The notes under the pieces: generated by a model
What the model was told of the DNA's origin: nothing
What the model saw: the letters and a program-made list of their open reading frames with translations, nothing else
Database searches by the model: none
NCBI GenBank assembly: GCA_035084275.1
Contig: CM068745.1
Span: 41,106,001 to 41,170,000, forward strand
DNA length: 64,000 bases
Source: Hydrolagus colliei
Taxonomy: Eukaryota
Direction of reading: 5' to 3'
Shown here: positions 50,953-63,704 of the stretch, piece by piece
Numbering within the stretch: position 1 is the stretch's first letter
Layout: every line of letters starts with the position of its first letter
Translations under genes and position numbers: made by a program

Positions 50953-52376
50953 CTCCATACACATTTCAAGTTCAACATACAACAACAAATTATACATGGA
51001 TACACCCTTCATGCTGGAAATTTCTTTGGTTTGCTGGGAAATGCTGAATGTTTTGGACACCTTAAATAGCTACCCAATACTGTGTATGGTTTAAATAACT
51101 ATGCCTTATAATCTAAACTGCAGGTCCATTGCTATGGCTACAAAACTTTTAAATTTGGAATTTAATTAACAATGAAACTAAATGAGCTTTAATTCGTAGA
51201 ATGCAGGATGGGATAGGCAGAGAGAACTAATCAGCAGCTATCTTATATGTGCTTTTGTCTTCACTCAGACCAGCTGGAGACCATATTCAATTTACAGATT
51301 TTCAAGCTAGAGTTTTATCTGTAGTGTTTTGTTTGGAAGCAGTCAGACCCGAAAGTTGTGTGTAATTTTTTTGTAAAAAGGAGGTTTGTTTGGCTTAGAT
51401 GTTCACCCAGACAGACAGACAATAATTCAAAGGAATTAGTTCCTGATATAAGACTTAACCAAGGTCATCTCAGGAGGCTTGGCATGTATTCAAACTCGCA
51501 TGGTAGGAATGTAGTCCTGGATTCACCAACAAGTTAGCATATTGCTATGTGCTTCAATCAGTGTGCAAAAGCATAGATTAAGCTAGACCTATACCGTTTA
51601 ACTAATTGTTCCTTAGACCAATTAAGCATTTTCGTGCATTTCATGCCTTTTCAACAAATTACATTTTTGGAATATAAATTACAATGTCTCTGCACAGGAC
51701 ACATATCTTTACAAACTAAACTCCTAACATTTTTCTTGCTGTTGCATAATCATAGGCATCTGGTGTGGTTACCAAAAGGCACTTGAGAACAGAATGGGTC
51801 TGTTAAGACAATTATGAAACTGTGGTGTTTGTGCAGCTGAGAATACGGTGATGGGTGTAATTTTAAGAGTGAGTTAGTTTAAGGACATTGGGAATGAATG
51901 AAGCCTGTTAGCCACAGCAGTATAATTGTCTGATAAATCATGTCTTAGATTATCGGATGCCTGGTTTATTACTGTAAACCAGTATCTTACTCTGTTTGTT
52001 ATTTTCTGAATGCTAAGTACATATGATTTCCGGAATGTGACCTAGGAAGCAAAAGAGTCGGAGATCTTTAGGAAGACATCTAATTACAACAAAGTATCTT
52101 GGGAAATAGATTATGTGGGCTGTGGAAAAACAGTTCTGCATTTTTTTGTTTCTTGACATGGAAATCAATCGAATGTTAACAACATTAATGGTTTCCTTCA
52201 CTTGTTTTAAGAAAAGTGATTCAATTAGAAGTAGGATCTAATTAATATCAACTCCAATGGATATTGCTGTGTTGTTTTAAAGTAAATATGTAAGTATACA
52301 TTAGCTAAAATATTGCAGGGATTTTATTATATGTGAAATCTCTGTATTTGTAATATACTAACTAACGTTTGAGAAT

Positions 52377-52710
52377 GTGGAGTCCTATAGCTCAGTGGTT
52401 AGAGCACTTGCCTTTCAAGTAAGAGACCTGGGTTTGATTCCTGGCAGGGCAAAACCTATGGCAAGTATTCTTACTCTACATGCCTAATATTAATCCTTAA
52501 AGAAAATTTAATAAATTGGTCACGTCAATCCATGACTATTTGTGGGCACTGCTACGCGTAATTGGCTGTTGTGTTCCACCCACAAATATACTATCAATTA
52601 ACTTTACAGTATATAATGTGTTGCGCTTTGAGACATCTAGAAGATGTGAAAAGTGCTTTATCAATGCAACAATTATGATTATGTTGATGATAATGTTTAC
52701 TATTATTATA
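52377..52710 (+). mobile_element. tRNA-derived SINE, full length
   Basis: GTGGAGTCCTATAGCTCAGTGGTTAGAGC head through to degenerate (ATT)n tail. Confidence 0.92.
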
Positions 52711-52921
52711 TAGATGAATTTTTATGATACTTCTACAGTAATGAAGTGAGGTTTGGAGTGAGACAGGTTCTTTACTAAATAGGCATTTTGGTTAATATTA
52801 GCTGTTAAATTACCATAACTCTTTTTGTTTGGAAGTTACTGATACAGCTATTCAGAGTGACATTATAGAGTTGATCATATGTAGTAACAATTAGAGGAAG
52901 ATAGAAAGTCTTTTTGCATTT

Positions 52922-53401
52922 GTCCCTCCCCCCCCAGCCGTCTCTCTCCCCCCCCCCCAGCTGTCTCTCTCCCCCTCCCCCCAGCTGTCTCTCTCCCCCT
53001 CTCCCCCCAGCCGTCTCTCTCCCCCTCCCCCAGCCGTCTCTCTCCACATCTCCTCCCCCACCCCCCCGTCTCTCCCTCCCTCTCCCCCTACCCCTTGCAT
53101 ACCTGTATATTGTATTCGAGGACTATGAATACAATATGGCGTCTTCCACCTCGGTCTGTGCATTGTGTATAGAGATGAGCTTTCTGGATCTTGTAGTTCA
53201 GTGCGCGCACGTTTGGGATGTGCGTGCATTCAGATGTGCACGTGCATTCCATGCTCTAGACCCAGGAGGTTGCAATGCCGGAAACAATATACCGATATTT
53301 ACGATATACCGATTTTTTTTTCGATATATTAAATTTTTCGGCATATCGGTATGAAAATTATATCGGGTTTAACTGATATATCGATATATCTCCAGACCCT
53401 A
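52922..53401. mobile_element. Right half of a second copy of the minisatellite-bearing hAT element
   Basis: About 6 minisatellite units, shared CCCTTGCATACCTGTATATTGTATTCGAGGAC, ends CGATATATCTCCAGACCCTA. No left TIR. Confidence 0.92.
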
Positions 53402-53796
53402 TTACACAGTTACTTGCTGAAACATCATGGGCAACAATGACTCTCTCACCTTGCGGATTAATCTGCAAACATGTTAAATTAATCTGTATCAAATATTAAT
53501 GAAAAACAATATAACACAGATTAACTGAACAAATTATATCAGAATGTTATGCTACAGACACAATTTAAAGTTCATGAAATGGATAGCATCCACTACCAAA
53601 TAATAATCCTTGCATTCGATAGTCCTATAATTTTGTGAAACATTTTAAAGTGTTTCACAGGATATTACTACAAAGTGCAGTGACGGTGGCAATTGTAGGA
53701 TTAAGTATGACAATGAGATGTTGGCTGTTTTTCAACCAGTTGTTATAACTGACATGACATAAGATCGACATTGAATTTACAATCTAGGCTGCCACT

Positions 53797-54572
53797 CAAC
53801 AACAACAAAATTACATTTGTAGAGCGCCGTTCATGTTGGGAGGACGTCCCAAGATGCTGAACAGTCTGGGGTAGGACCCAAGCACGAGGGTGCGGTGCAC
53901 GGTTGGGATAAGGGAGGGCAGAGAGGTAGGAGCGTGGCTGAAAATATGGTTGAAAAGGAGTCCTGAGTGGGACCTTGAAGGAGACAAGGGAGTGAGCAAG
54001 GTGAAGGGATTGTGAGATAGAGTTTCAAAGAGTGGTGTGGGCAAAGAGGCTGAAAGCCTGGCTACCGCTGGTAGGGTGGGTCGGGCGGGAGACATGGAGC
54101 AAGCTGTAGCCTGCTGAATGGAGGGTGCAGTCAGGTTGATAGGGGATTAGCAGGTAAGAGAGGAGGGGGCAGAGTCGGGGAATGTTGCGGAGGTGGTGGA
54201 AGGTAAGCTGGTCATGGCATGGATATGGGGGAGAACAGTTGAGAGTTGACCATGGATGTTGATGCTATCAGTGCCTGAGTTGTGGAGGCACTGGTACGAG
54301 CCAATCAGGAGAGCCTTGGTTTTGCCGACGTTCATCTGCAGAATGTTGTCTCTCATCCAGGACGATGTCTGACAGGCAGTCTGTCAGGACACCGGTTGTC
54401 CTGGAATCTAGGGTGGAGGCAGAGAGATAGAATTGGGTGTCATCTACGTACATGTGGAAATTTACCCCATGTCTGCAGATGATCTCACTAAGGGGGATCA
54501 TTTAGAGGTTGAAGAGGAGGGGACCGAGGACAGAGCTCTGAGGAGCACTGCGCAAGATGGTGTGGGGGCTGG
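53797..54572 (-). mobile_element. L2 LINE 3' fragment with internal deletion
   Basis: Minus [29 protein letters not shown] and (CAA)n tail. Confidence 0.93.
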
Positions 54573-57522
54573 AATGCAGTGTTGAAGGAGTACTGCATTG
54601 TCAGAGATACTATACTATCCTTCTAATGAGATGTTAAAAACTGAGGTCCCATCTGCCTGTTAAGGTGAACATTAAATATGCCATTACAGTATTTGAAAAG
54701 AAAAGTAGTTTCTCCCAATCCTAAAAAACCTCCAGATAGATTGGTGATTTGCTTCATATGCACAACTTGTCTGTTGCAACTACCAACAAATAAACAGTTA
54801 CTTCATTTGAAAGCAATTGCCTGTGAAGCACTTTGAAACATTTTGACTTAATAGTCAGCAGATTAAATGCAGAGAGTACTGTATTATATTGTAATGACAA
54901 GTTATGGACTGGTAAAATGCCAAAATGTCATGTCAAAACAACAAAATAATCCCACAAATATGAAATGAATCAATCGAAGAACTGTTGGCCTGGTCATTGG
55001 AAGAAATATCTTTCTCTTTTCAACTACTTTTTATATCAACAATGCAGATATTTTGTTCAGTCAAATGAATAAGTATGACTTTAAATATAATACTCTCTGC
55101 TAATACAACCAGAATAGGTATTTAATTAACTAGATAAACAGAATTCTCTCAACGGAAAAGTTGGAGTTTGGGAAAAGTGCCTGCATATGACTTAATTTTC
55201 ACTTTGGAACAAGAGGTCATCACAAACATCAAAAGTTCAGCTCTTATCACACTAGTACATTGAGAGCTATGTAATTTTGTTTAACTTCCCAGAAACGATA
55301 ATAAGAAATTAGTTGATGGGGCAATAGATCACAACACAGATCTATGCTGTAAATCAACACTGTCAAAAGTATTCTTGTAACTGAAAAGATTTTTCATATT
55401 ATAGGTATACAATTATTACACCTCGATTGAATCAGAAAAAAAGTCTATATTGTGTTTCAGTTACAACCAAAAAATTACCATTTATTTGCAACCATGACAT
55501 GTTGCTGCATTTGATCTAACTGAATTGAAGGAAACTGGTGATCTATTGAAATGCATTGTTGATCAGAAGTGAAATCTTAAGTTAGCTGCTTATTGTAAAA
55601 CTCCCCGAAGATCCATGTAAACATTTCATAGCCATGATCTGATTGTTGTCATGGAAACCGAAAGGTTACATAACAAAGTGAATTGATCAGGGATTGGACA
55701 GTGATACCTAGGAAATTAGATCAGTGCTTGATATGTGAGCACTTCATACTAAATTAGCTAAGAGACCCAGGAATAAAACAAAAACAGTAGTAAGGTTGTG
55801 AGTGCTGGGAGCATGAGCAGCACTAATACATTTTACACTAAATTTATTCTTTCCTGCCTAATCCAGCAGATACAAATGATCCATACTTCATTTTACTAGA
55901 TTCCTCATGTGCAATTTAACAAAAACTGCAATTTAAAAAAAATAAAAATGTAGAATTCAAAGTAAACATCAAATTCACAATTTGTTCTATGATTTGAGAC
56001 ATCTAATTGTGAAATGGCTACACTCCTTTTCACTGTGTGCAGAATATTCCTGCTACTGTGCATTCGGGGACAGCCAAGTGCATCACTGCAGCTCTGAACA
56101 ACCATTATGAGACAACAATGGGCAGGAGCCACCCGCTGTTATGTTCATTGGTGAGATTAAAGAAAAATATTTTACTGATTGATTGTCAATGCTCGTTGTA
56201 ATAAAGCACACTTTAATACTGCAGCATTCATTCCTTTTCCTAGGCGTGTGTACATTTTCAAATCTTGATTTGAAATGTTGTAAGAATTTCATCTTGGCTA
56301 TTTATTGATTATTTTTCATTTTTATTTGCGGTTCCATTTGTGAAGCCACATTTTCTACACTTGCCAGTGTGTGCCAAGAAAACTCATATGACATTGTGCT
56401 GTTCATTGTATTTGGAAAATGCATTACTGCATTTAAAGTAATCATTTTGTTATGTTTATGTAACCAAGAAACTGGCCAAATCTGTGTAAATGTCAATTTA
56501 TCCAATTCGCTTTCAACATATACTTTTATTTGCTATTTTATAAAATCTGGCAGACCAGACTAAACCAGTCAAGACTGGACATGTTAATTGCTTGCTGAAC
56601 TAATTCACTTTAACACTGGCTGAATTTTTCTTCCTCTCTAACCTAAGCAAGGCACGATGCCACATAATTAAAATATGAACAAGACCACTTTGCCAGCTGG
56701 CCGTTTCTGGCATTTAGTTAGCTCTGAGATCTCAGTGGGGTGGTTAACATGTGTTGCATCAACTGTAAGACTCTTGGGTTTAAGGGTGAGGGCGCCAGTG
56801 TGTCTGTGATAGCAGAATTAAACAGACAATCACATTTGTAGCATTGCATAGTCTGTTTAATGACTATTACTATTTTACAATTTCTCACTAGTCTTTCTGT
56901 TACATGTTGCAAATAGGATATAAAATTCAGTGTATAATCAGGAAAAATGCAATTGAACAGCATGAAAACAGCACTAATAAAATAAATCTTACTGCTTACT
57001 TGTGCAGTGGAAAATATGACATTATTCTGAGTATTTTGGAGCACTTTCAGAAGACATCTTGAGATTTAAAATAAAGCCGTAGGAATATTTATAAAAGAAA
57101 TCAGCTTGATTTTTGGCTTGATCTGAAAGGTTACAATGTTACAGAATTAATACTCCTTTTTTATCCAAATACAATTGGTTGTAGTAGAAATATCCTGCAA
57201 TACATTTTAAGCAAGATCAATCTGTAATGCCAGGGATTAAATAGAACATCAAATTATTGGCACAAGAATGTTAAATTGGCACACAATTTTGGGGAATATT
57301 TTTGAACAGTATTTGTGCCAAGGCTTGAAACAAGGAGATAAGAATTGTGAGCTGCGATGTTCCAGTTAGTGGATATGGCCATTAGATTTTCACTGACTGG
57401 ACTATTTCAAATAGTGCCACAACATCTTTAATGGCCACTTGAACAGGCAGACAAAACCTGTGAAGGACATCACCCCCGACAGTGCAACCCACCCTGGCCT
57501 CCCCCAACTCGGCCACCAACAG

Positions 57523-57698
57523 CAATGACTAACTGTAATATTGTATTGCAGTGTCAGTCTGACTGATTTGGTAGAAATCACACCATTGAATCAAAAGTTT
57601 GTATCAGCAACTGATCCCACAAACTTTTGATTCAATGGTGTGATTTCTACCAAATCAGTCAGACTGACACTGCAATACAATATTACAGTTAGTCATTG
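57523..57698. repeat. Perfect inverted repeat, 80-bp arms, 16-nt spacer
   Basis: 57523-57602 is the exact reverse complement of 57619-57698. Confidence 0.97.
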
Positions 57699-57785
57699 GG
57701 AGAAATGTACCCAAGTGGTTTATTTGAATGCTATCAAAACTCTCTTTGATTGTTTTTGCCACCTCCCCCTTTATTCCTCCATTTG

Positions 57786-58095
57786 GAGCTCAGTGGTTAG
57801 AGCGCTCGCCTTACAAGTGAGAGAGCTGGGTTCAATTCCAGCAGGGCAAAACCTTGGACAAGTTTCTTTACTCCATGGGCCTGATATTAATCCCCCCCAA
57901 ATAAAACAATAATAATTTATTACTCAATCCATGACTGTTTGTGGGACACTAGTGTGCACAAATGGCTGTCACGTTTCGCTCACAAAATATAGTCAATTTG
58001 CTTTATGGTATATTCTGTGAAGCGCTTTGCGACATCTAGAAGATGTGAAATGCTATATCAAATGCAAGGATTACTATTATTATTATTATTATTAT
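57786..58095 (+). mobile_element. tRNA-derived SINE
   Basis: AGCTCAGTGGTTAGAGCGCTCGCCTTACAAGTGAGAGAGCTGGGTTCAATTCC head and long (TTA)n tail. Confidence 0.92.
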
Positions 58096-59251
58096 TCTCT
58101 GCAATCAGCTCGGGTTCCCAGTCAGTCATTGTAAAGTGCTTTGAAATGTTTGCTTTTCATGAAAGTATGTGAGTACAAAATTGTTGATGCTTACAAATTG
58201 TGCTTACCCACGTTCATCTGTATTGTTTTGAAAGTGAGCAAGTACAGTAGTATAACCACTGTACTTTTTGTAACCCTAAGCTTAAATACTTATAACAGTG
58301 CTCTCTGTGCTCTCTTTTTGGTATGAGTACTACCAAAGAAGATTTGGTGGTTGATTCATCCAACCTTTAATTTGACAAAGGGAATTGTGATGGGATTAAT
58401 GGCTGTCTATGATGGAGTATCGGGCATCAAACAGAGTCATTTTGAAGATGGTCCTACTGATTTTTATGCACAACCAACCTGGTCTAGAACATCTATAATC
58501 TCCCATGGTCTCTCTGCTGTAGTCTCAACCAGCTGTTTTCAATTAGCACATCTGGATTGTTAACCAGTTTGTTGCTTACCTTAATAGTTTCTTTTTTTTT
58601 AGCACTGTGGTGCAGGAGCTTAAAACAGAAAACCAGCTGTTCCAGAGACACAAATCTTCAGAGAACATACCAATCATTTATGGGTTAATTGTGAATTGCT
58701 GAAAAGTGTAATTTTGTGGCAATTTGGTTATTCACAATGGGAATTTCTAGCTGTAATAATTCATTCCTTACTGCAACAGATGGTTTATTCCTTAAGTGAA
58801 TAATACTATGAATCAGTTTTTCCCCCTCTGATCTTTAACTTGTCTCTTCTCTGCACCAGACGTAACACACAAAAAACTGGCACCCATTTTGTTTATTCAC
58901 TTCATATTATTAAATACACAAATGCACTTGTATACCCATATATCATCAACTGGCCAAAGGAATTAATGTAGATAAATCCAAGGAAATTAATACTGGTGCC
59001 TATCATCTACTCAAGTCCTTTGGCTAACCTCCATGTCCAAATCCAATTAACATTTCAACAGAACTCTGCAACCTGAGCACACATGGAGATTGTACTCTGC
59101 ATGCATTCATGCAGACTTTCACAGAAATCATAAATATAAAAGGTAGAGAAATTTCAGGAATAGTCTCAGCTGAGTGAACAGAGAGTTGCAGTCAGATTGC
59201 AAGTCACAGGGATGGTTGAGCCAAGGTTCTAGAGGGGTTTAACATCATATA

Positions 59252-59268
59252 GGCAGCAGGGGGCAGCA
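59252..59268 (+). promoter_or_regulatory. Candidate CTCF site
   Basis: GGCAGCAGGGGGCAGCA is close to the CTCF core CCASYAGRKGGCRS and lies in apparently unique sequence. Confidence 0.45.
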
Positions 59269-59549
59269 CAGCCTTCCAATGAGTGGCTTCTTCTGTTCCT
59301 GTGTTCAACTCAGAATCTCAACACCATTTTGAATTTTAAAACATGGTTATTGTAAACTGTAGTTCCTGGAGCTGTATAACCTATGTCTGTTAATTGCTTA
59401 TAATGTCGTATTCTACACCTTGTCTCTGCTCTGCTGTAGTGCAACTTGTACTGCCTGGTTTTCCACTAAGTAATTGCTCAGTAATTATTGCATGATTTTT
59501 AAACAATAAATCTGAATAAAGAGATATTGTCGTATAAAACAAGATGGCA

Positions 59550-59795
59550 TTCTGCACCCTCCACCCACCATTGGAGTTGCGTTTTCAGCCACTTCGCCCC
59601 AAACTCTGCAACACTCTCCCTCAATCCTTCCATCTTGATCCCCCCACCTTCCACGTTCTGCTTGAAAACCTTCCTCTTCGAACATACTTCGGCCATCCCC
59701 CAACCCTCCCCCCATCAGCTTGGAGTCATGGATTGCTACAGTTAGGTGCTCTGAGATGCTACGCGGTGTCGACAGTGCTATATAACTGCACATTG
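59550..59795 (+). mobile_element. Old L2 3' end
   Basis: CCCACCATTGG...TTGAAAACCTTCCTCTTCGA parallels 16270-16400. An oppositely oriented L2 relic probably follows to about 60060. Confidence 0.7.
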
Positions 59796-60200
59796 TTTTG
59801 GCCTGTGAGAGGGAGAGGAGATAGTTGCAGAGATTATTGAGCCACATCTGGCAGTGAGGCCAGATTTGTACTATTTAAGCTCAAGTGGGAGTGTTTTGAG
59901 GAAGCGGAGGTGACTGTTATATCAGGGGGAGTTGGTAGATTTGGAGACAGACCTGGATTTCGGGGGGGCAAGAGTTGAGGGTTGCAGAGAAGCAATCATT
60001 TAGCAGCTTGATGGCTGTATCAGGATGATTGCAGGTGGAGGTGCAGAGGGAGAAGACATACAATGAGGTGGTTCATGAGGGACTTGGGTGGAAGCTTTTT
60101 TCAAGATCAGTAAAAGATGCAAAGTTATATCAATGTAAGTTTGGTTGTATTTGAGAATACTGTATAAGATCTTGAATTGCCCAATGTCATTTGAAAATGT

Positions 60201-60270
60201 CAGCGCCTTGGGACGTCCTCCCGACGTGAAAGGCGCTCTATAAATGTAATTTGTTGTTGTTGTTGTTGTT
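60201..60270 (+). mobile_element. Minimal L2 insertion: 3' stem-loop plus (GTT)n only
   Basis: CAGCGCCTTGGGACGTCCTCCCGACGTGAAAGGCGCTCTATAAATGTAATT(TGT)n with CpGs intact. TTGAAAA occurs on both flanks. Confidence 0.88.
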
Positions 60271-60909
60271 GAAAAGAGCCATCGAGCAAAACGTCAGCAG
60301 GAAATGCAAACTAGAATTCATAATTAGCACAAGCCTTTATAACGTTTGTTTCTGGCATATGTTATGTGAGGTATGTTTCACTTCAATGCACTCTGGAGAG
60401 CAATATAACAGGATGCCTTCAAAACTGAGTGGAAATGGCACCATATAAAGCATTCATTAATGATGGTCACATTAGTGAAGCATGATGTGTAAAGTAAAAG
60501 GAACCAAACTCGTCATAGTGTGCAATCCATCTTGATGAAGTTTCTCCTGTGTCTGAGTCAAGTAAAATGATGCAGCATCACTGTAGTACTGTATGCAGTG
60601 GAGTTGTGCTTTTATCTTGTAAGGAGTCAAGCGTGAGGATTTTGAAAAGCTGGGAATCCCTCTCATATTCCAGTAGCATTGTTGATGTTTTCTATAATTC
60701 ACAGTTCATTATTCATCAATCAATACCTTTTCTGGTCTTGCTGACTTTGCACATTTTATCCTCTACTGATTACTGAGCTTGTCTGTTCATCTCCCATAAG
60801 CTCTTACCACAAAGGAACAAAAAATTACCAAACAAAATAAGATAGATTTACTAACAATTAGAGAAATTCCCATTCCTGTGTGCACAATTAGAAAACAGAG
60901 TTAGAAGAT

Positions 60910-61210
60910 ATAATAATAACAATAATCCTTGCATTTGATATAGCGCTTTTCACGGCTTCTAGACGCCTCAAAGCACTTCACAAAATATGGTGTGAATTGA
61001 CTGTATATTTGTGGGCGAAATACAGCAATCAATTGCATATAGCAGTGTCCCACAAAAAGGCATGGATTGAAATGACCAATTTTTTTTGAGGGATTATTAT
61101 TAGACTGGTGGAGTAAGGAATCTTTTCCAAGGTTTTGCCCTGCTGGGAATCAAACCCAGTTATTTTGCTTGCAAGGCGATTGCTCTAAGCATTGAGCTAC
61201 AGGACTCCAC
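60910..61210 (-). mobile_element. tRNA-derived SINE, full length
   Basis: Tail, core and head (TTGAGCTACAGGACTCCAC). Confidence 0.92.
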
Positions 61211-62311
61211 AATATAGATTTAAATGTAAATAATATTATCAAAGACTTTGGGTATAGAATAAGAAACACATTAAGATTGAAAAAGGCAGTATACAAAGTG
61301 TTAATTATCGATGTTGCTGATTGGCTTTGGCGTCATACCAAATGTATGTAAAGACAGCCCTCAAATACCTCAACCATGCAGTCAATTCATTGTGTGTAAC
61401 ACCAGTCAGTGAATATTAGCTGGCTTCTTAACCATGCAGAGCTGGATTTGGTCTTCCTTTCACTAGACAAATCACATACGTATACTTTCCAGCAGGAAGC
61501 ACTGGATAACAATCAAATGCAGGCACCAATGCCCAAGTCCATTGCGGCCACTGGGATCAGTTGACTCAGTTAAGACTGGGAGTACACCTATGTTCTTTTG
61601 AAATAATTTGATCATATGTGGAATTAGAGTGGATTGTGTGAAAACTTTTTTGTATATTGCTGGTATTATTTCGAAAGATATATTCAAGATAATCTTTATT
61701 CGAAACAATTTTTATTGTGTTCGGTTCTTAATTTTACAATTGTATTTTCTGGGTTTTGTTGAGCATTCCCTGATAGGAATGCTGAGTTGATATCTTGTGT
61801 TTTGATTTTAATACAATTTAAAAAATTGTTGCACCTATTTCCATTTGAGATAATCATTATTAAGTATTACAGTCACATAATTTAAAATATTGGATTTCTA
61901 TATGATTCTTTATGTTTCTCGTAAAAGCAAAAATATAGATGATGCGACCCATCGACATCTTACCTGTGTTCATTGAAATTTGGCCCTCAACACTAAAAAG
62001 GTTGGACCAACCTGATCTAAGGTGACACTCTCATGCAGTTCTGGAGTTGAGTTGCATTGTCAGAAGTGATATGCTTTGGATGAAATGTTAAACTAGAATC
62101 CCACTTGTATCTGTTCAGGGGGACTAAAAATTCCATAGTGCTGCTGGAAAAGAGAAGGGTGTTTCTCCCAATGTCCTGGCCAACAATCCCTAAAACAAAA
62201 TTGGGCGTTTGTTTCATGGCTTGTCGGACATTCCTGTATGCAGATAAGCTGCTGCATTTGCACACAAATACAATCACCCAGTTTACAATTAATCTTGTGA
62301 AGTGCCTTGAG

Positions 62312-62830
62312 GTGCAGATCATCCAGAACTCTGCAGACTGCTTCTACTCCCACTCTAGGTTCGATGAGCCTATCACCCCCATCCTTGCTCGACTCTAATG
62401 GCTTCCCATCACACCGAAGATACAGTTCAAGATCCTGGTCCTAACTTTCAAAGCCCTTCATTGCCTTGCTCCCCCTTCCCTTTGCGTCCTCCTAAACCCT
62501 CACCAACGTGCCTGCTCCCTCCACTGCTCCATCCTGCTTCATATTGGCAATCTTACCCCGCCTCACCATTGGTGGGTGAACCTTCACCTACTCTTCCCAC
62601 ACCTTCTGGAACTCCATCCTTCAGTCCCACCATCTCGCCCCCACCCTTGCCTCATTTAAGACCTATCTCAAGACCCACTTCTTCGACCGTGCCTTCGATC
62701 ACCCTCCCAACCCCCCTCCCACTCTATAGTCTCACCAATCCCAAATCCCAGAGTGAGTCCAAAGCTCTGATTGTCCAGCACTGTCGGATGTCCTCCCGCC
62801 ATGAATGATGCTATACATGTGCAATTATTG
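62312..62830 (+). mobile_element. L2 3' fragment
   Basis: [31 protein letters not shown] remnant and L2 tail. Confidence 0.88.
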
Positions 62831-63018
62831 TTTTTGATAATACTGTATTTAGAAAATGAGGGTATATAAATGCATCTGGAGAAAGGACAGAAAAATGGGA
62901 TTGCCATGGTCCACAAACTGGAAAAACAGGCTGACTCACCTCCTGCTTTGCACATTGGCAGTGTTGTAGCCAATGAGGTCTAATCGAGGTGCAATTATTG
63001 CTTCTTGAAAACTTTTCT

Positions 63019-63303
63019 GTGGAATCCTGTAGCTTAGTGGTTAATGCACTTGCCTTGCAAGCAAGAGACCCGGGTTCAATTTCAGGCAGGGCAAATTCTT
63101 GGGCAAGTTTCCTTACTCCACACACCTAATGGTCATCTCAATTCACAACTTTTTGTGGTATACTGCTGTGCACAATAGATTACCATGTTTCATCTGCAAA
63201 TATATAGCCAATTCACTTGACAGTAAATGCTGTGAATCACTTTGAGACATCTAGAAGGCGAGAAAAGCTCTAATATCAAATGCAAGGATTATTATTATTA
63301 TTA
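63019..63303 (+). mobile_element. tRNA-derived SINE, full length
   Basis: GTGGAATCCTGTAGCTTAGTGGTT head and AAATGCAAGGATTATTATT tail. Confidence 0.92.
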
Positions 63304-63704
63304 TGCTTCATTGTGACAAGGATAAATGCAAGTGTTATAATTGTGGATGTATCTTCAATTTATGCTTTATAGCAGACTCACTTGTTTTCAATTTTACCCC
63401 ATGTAGGCAACCAAAGCCCAAACTCAGGCAAATAACAAGACTGGAGTATTATTCTCCTAATTTAAGGAGACAAACTATTAACAATTTCTGTCAAAACATG
63501 TTTATGAAATCAGACTTTTTTATTCATACAGATAAATTAATAGATTGGGGTACAGTGCCAGTGTTGATAATAAATAAAGTAAAAGAAAACAGGGAGGGAA
63601 AGAATCCTTCAGAGAGGAAAACACAAAGTATTGCTGATGCTAGAAACAAAAACAGGAAATCATTGGGAATACTGAGCAGGTCAGGCAGCATCTATGAAGA
63701 GATG

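Noticed and set aside
49771-51069. 432-aa Pro/Ser-rich ORF and overlapping long ORFs
   Set aside because: Stop-free frames are produced by the C-rich minisatellite inside a TSD-flanked hAT element. Both strands and several frames are open.
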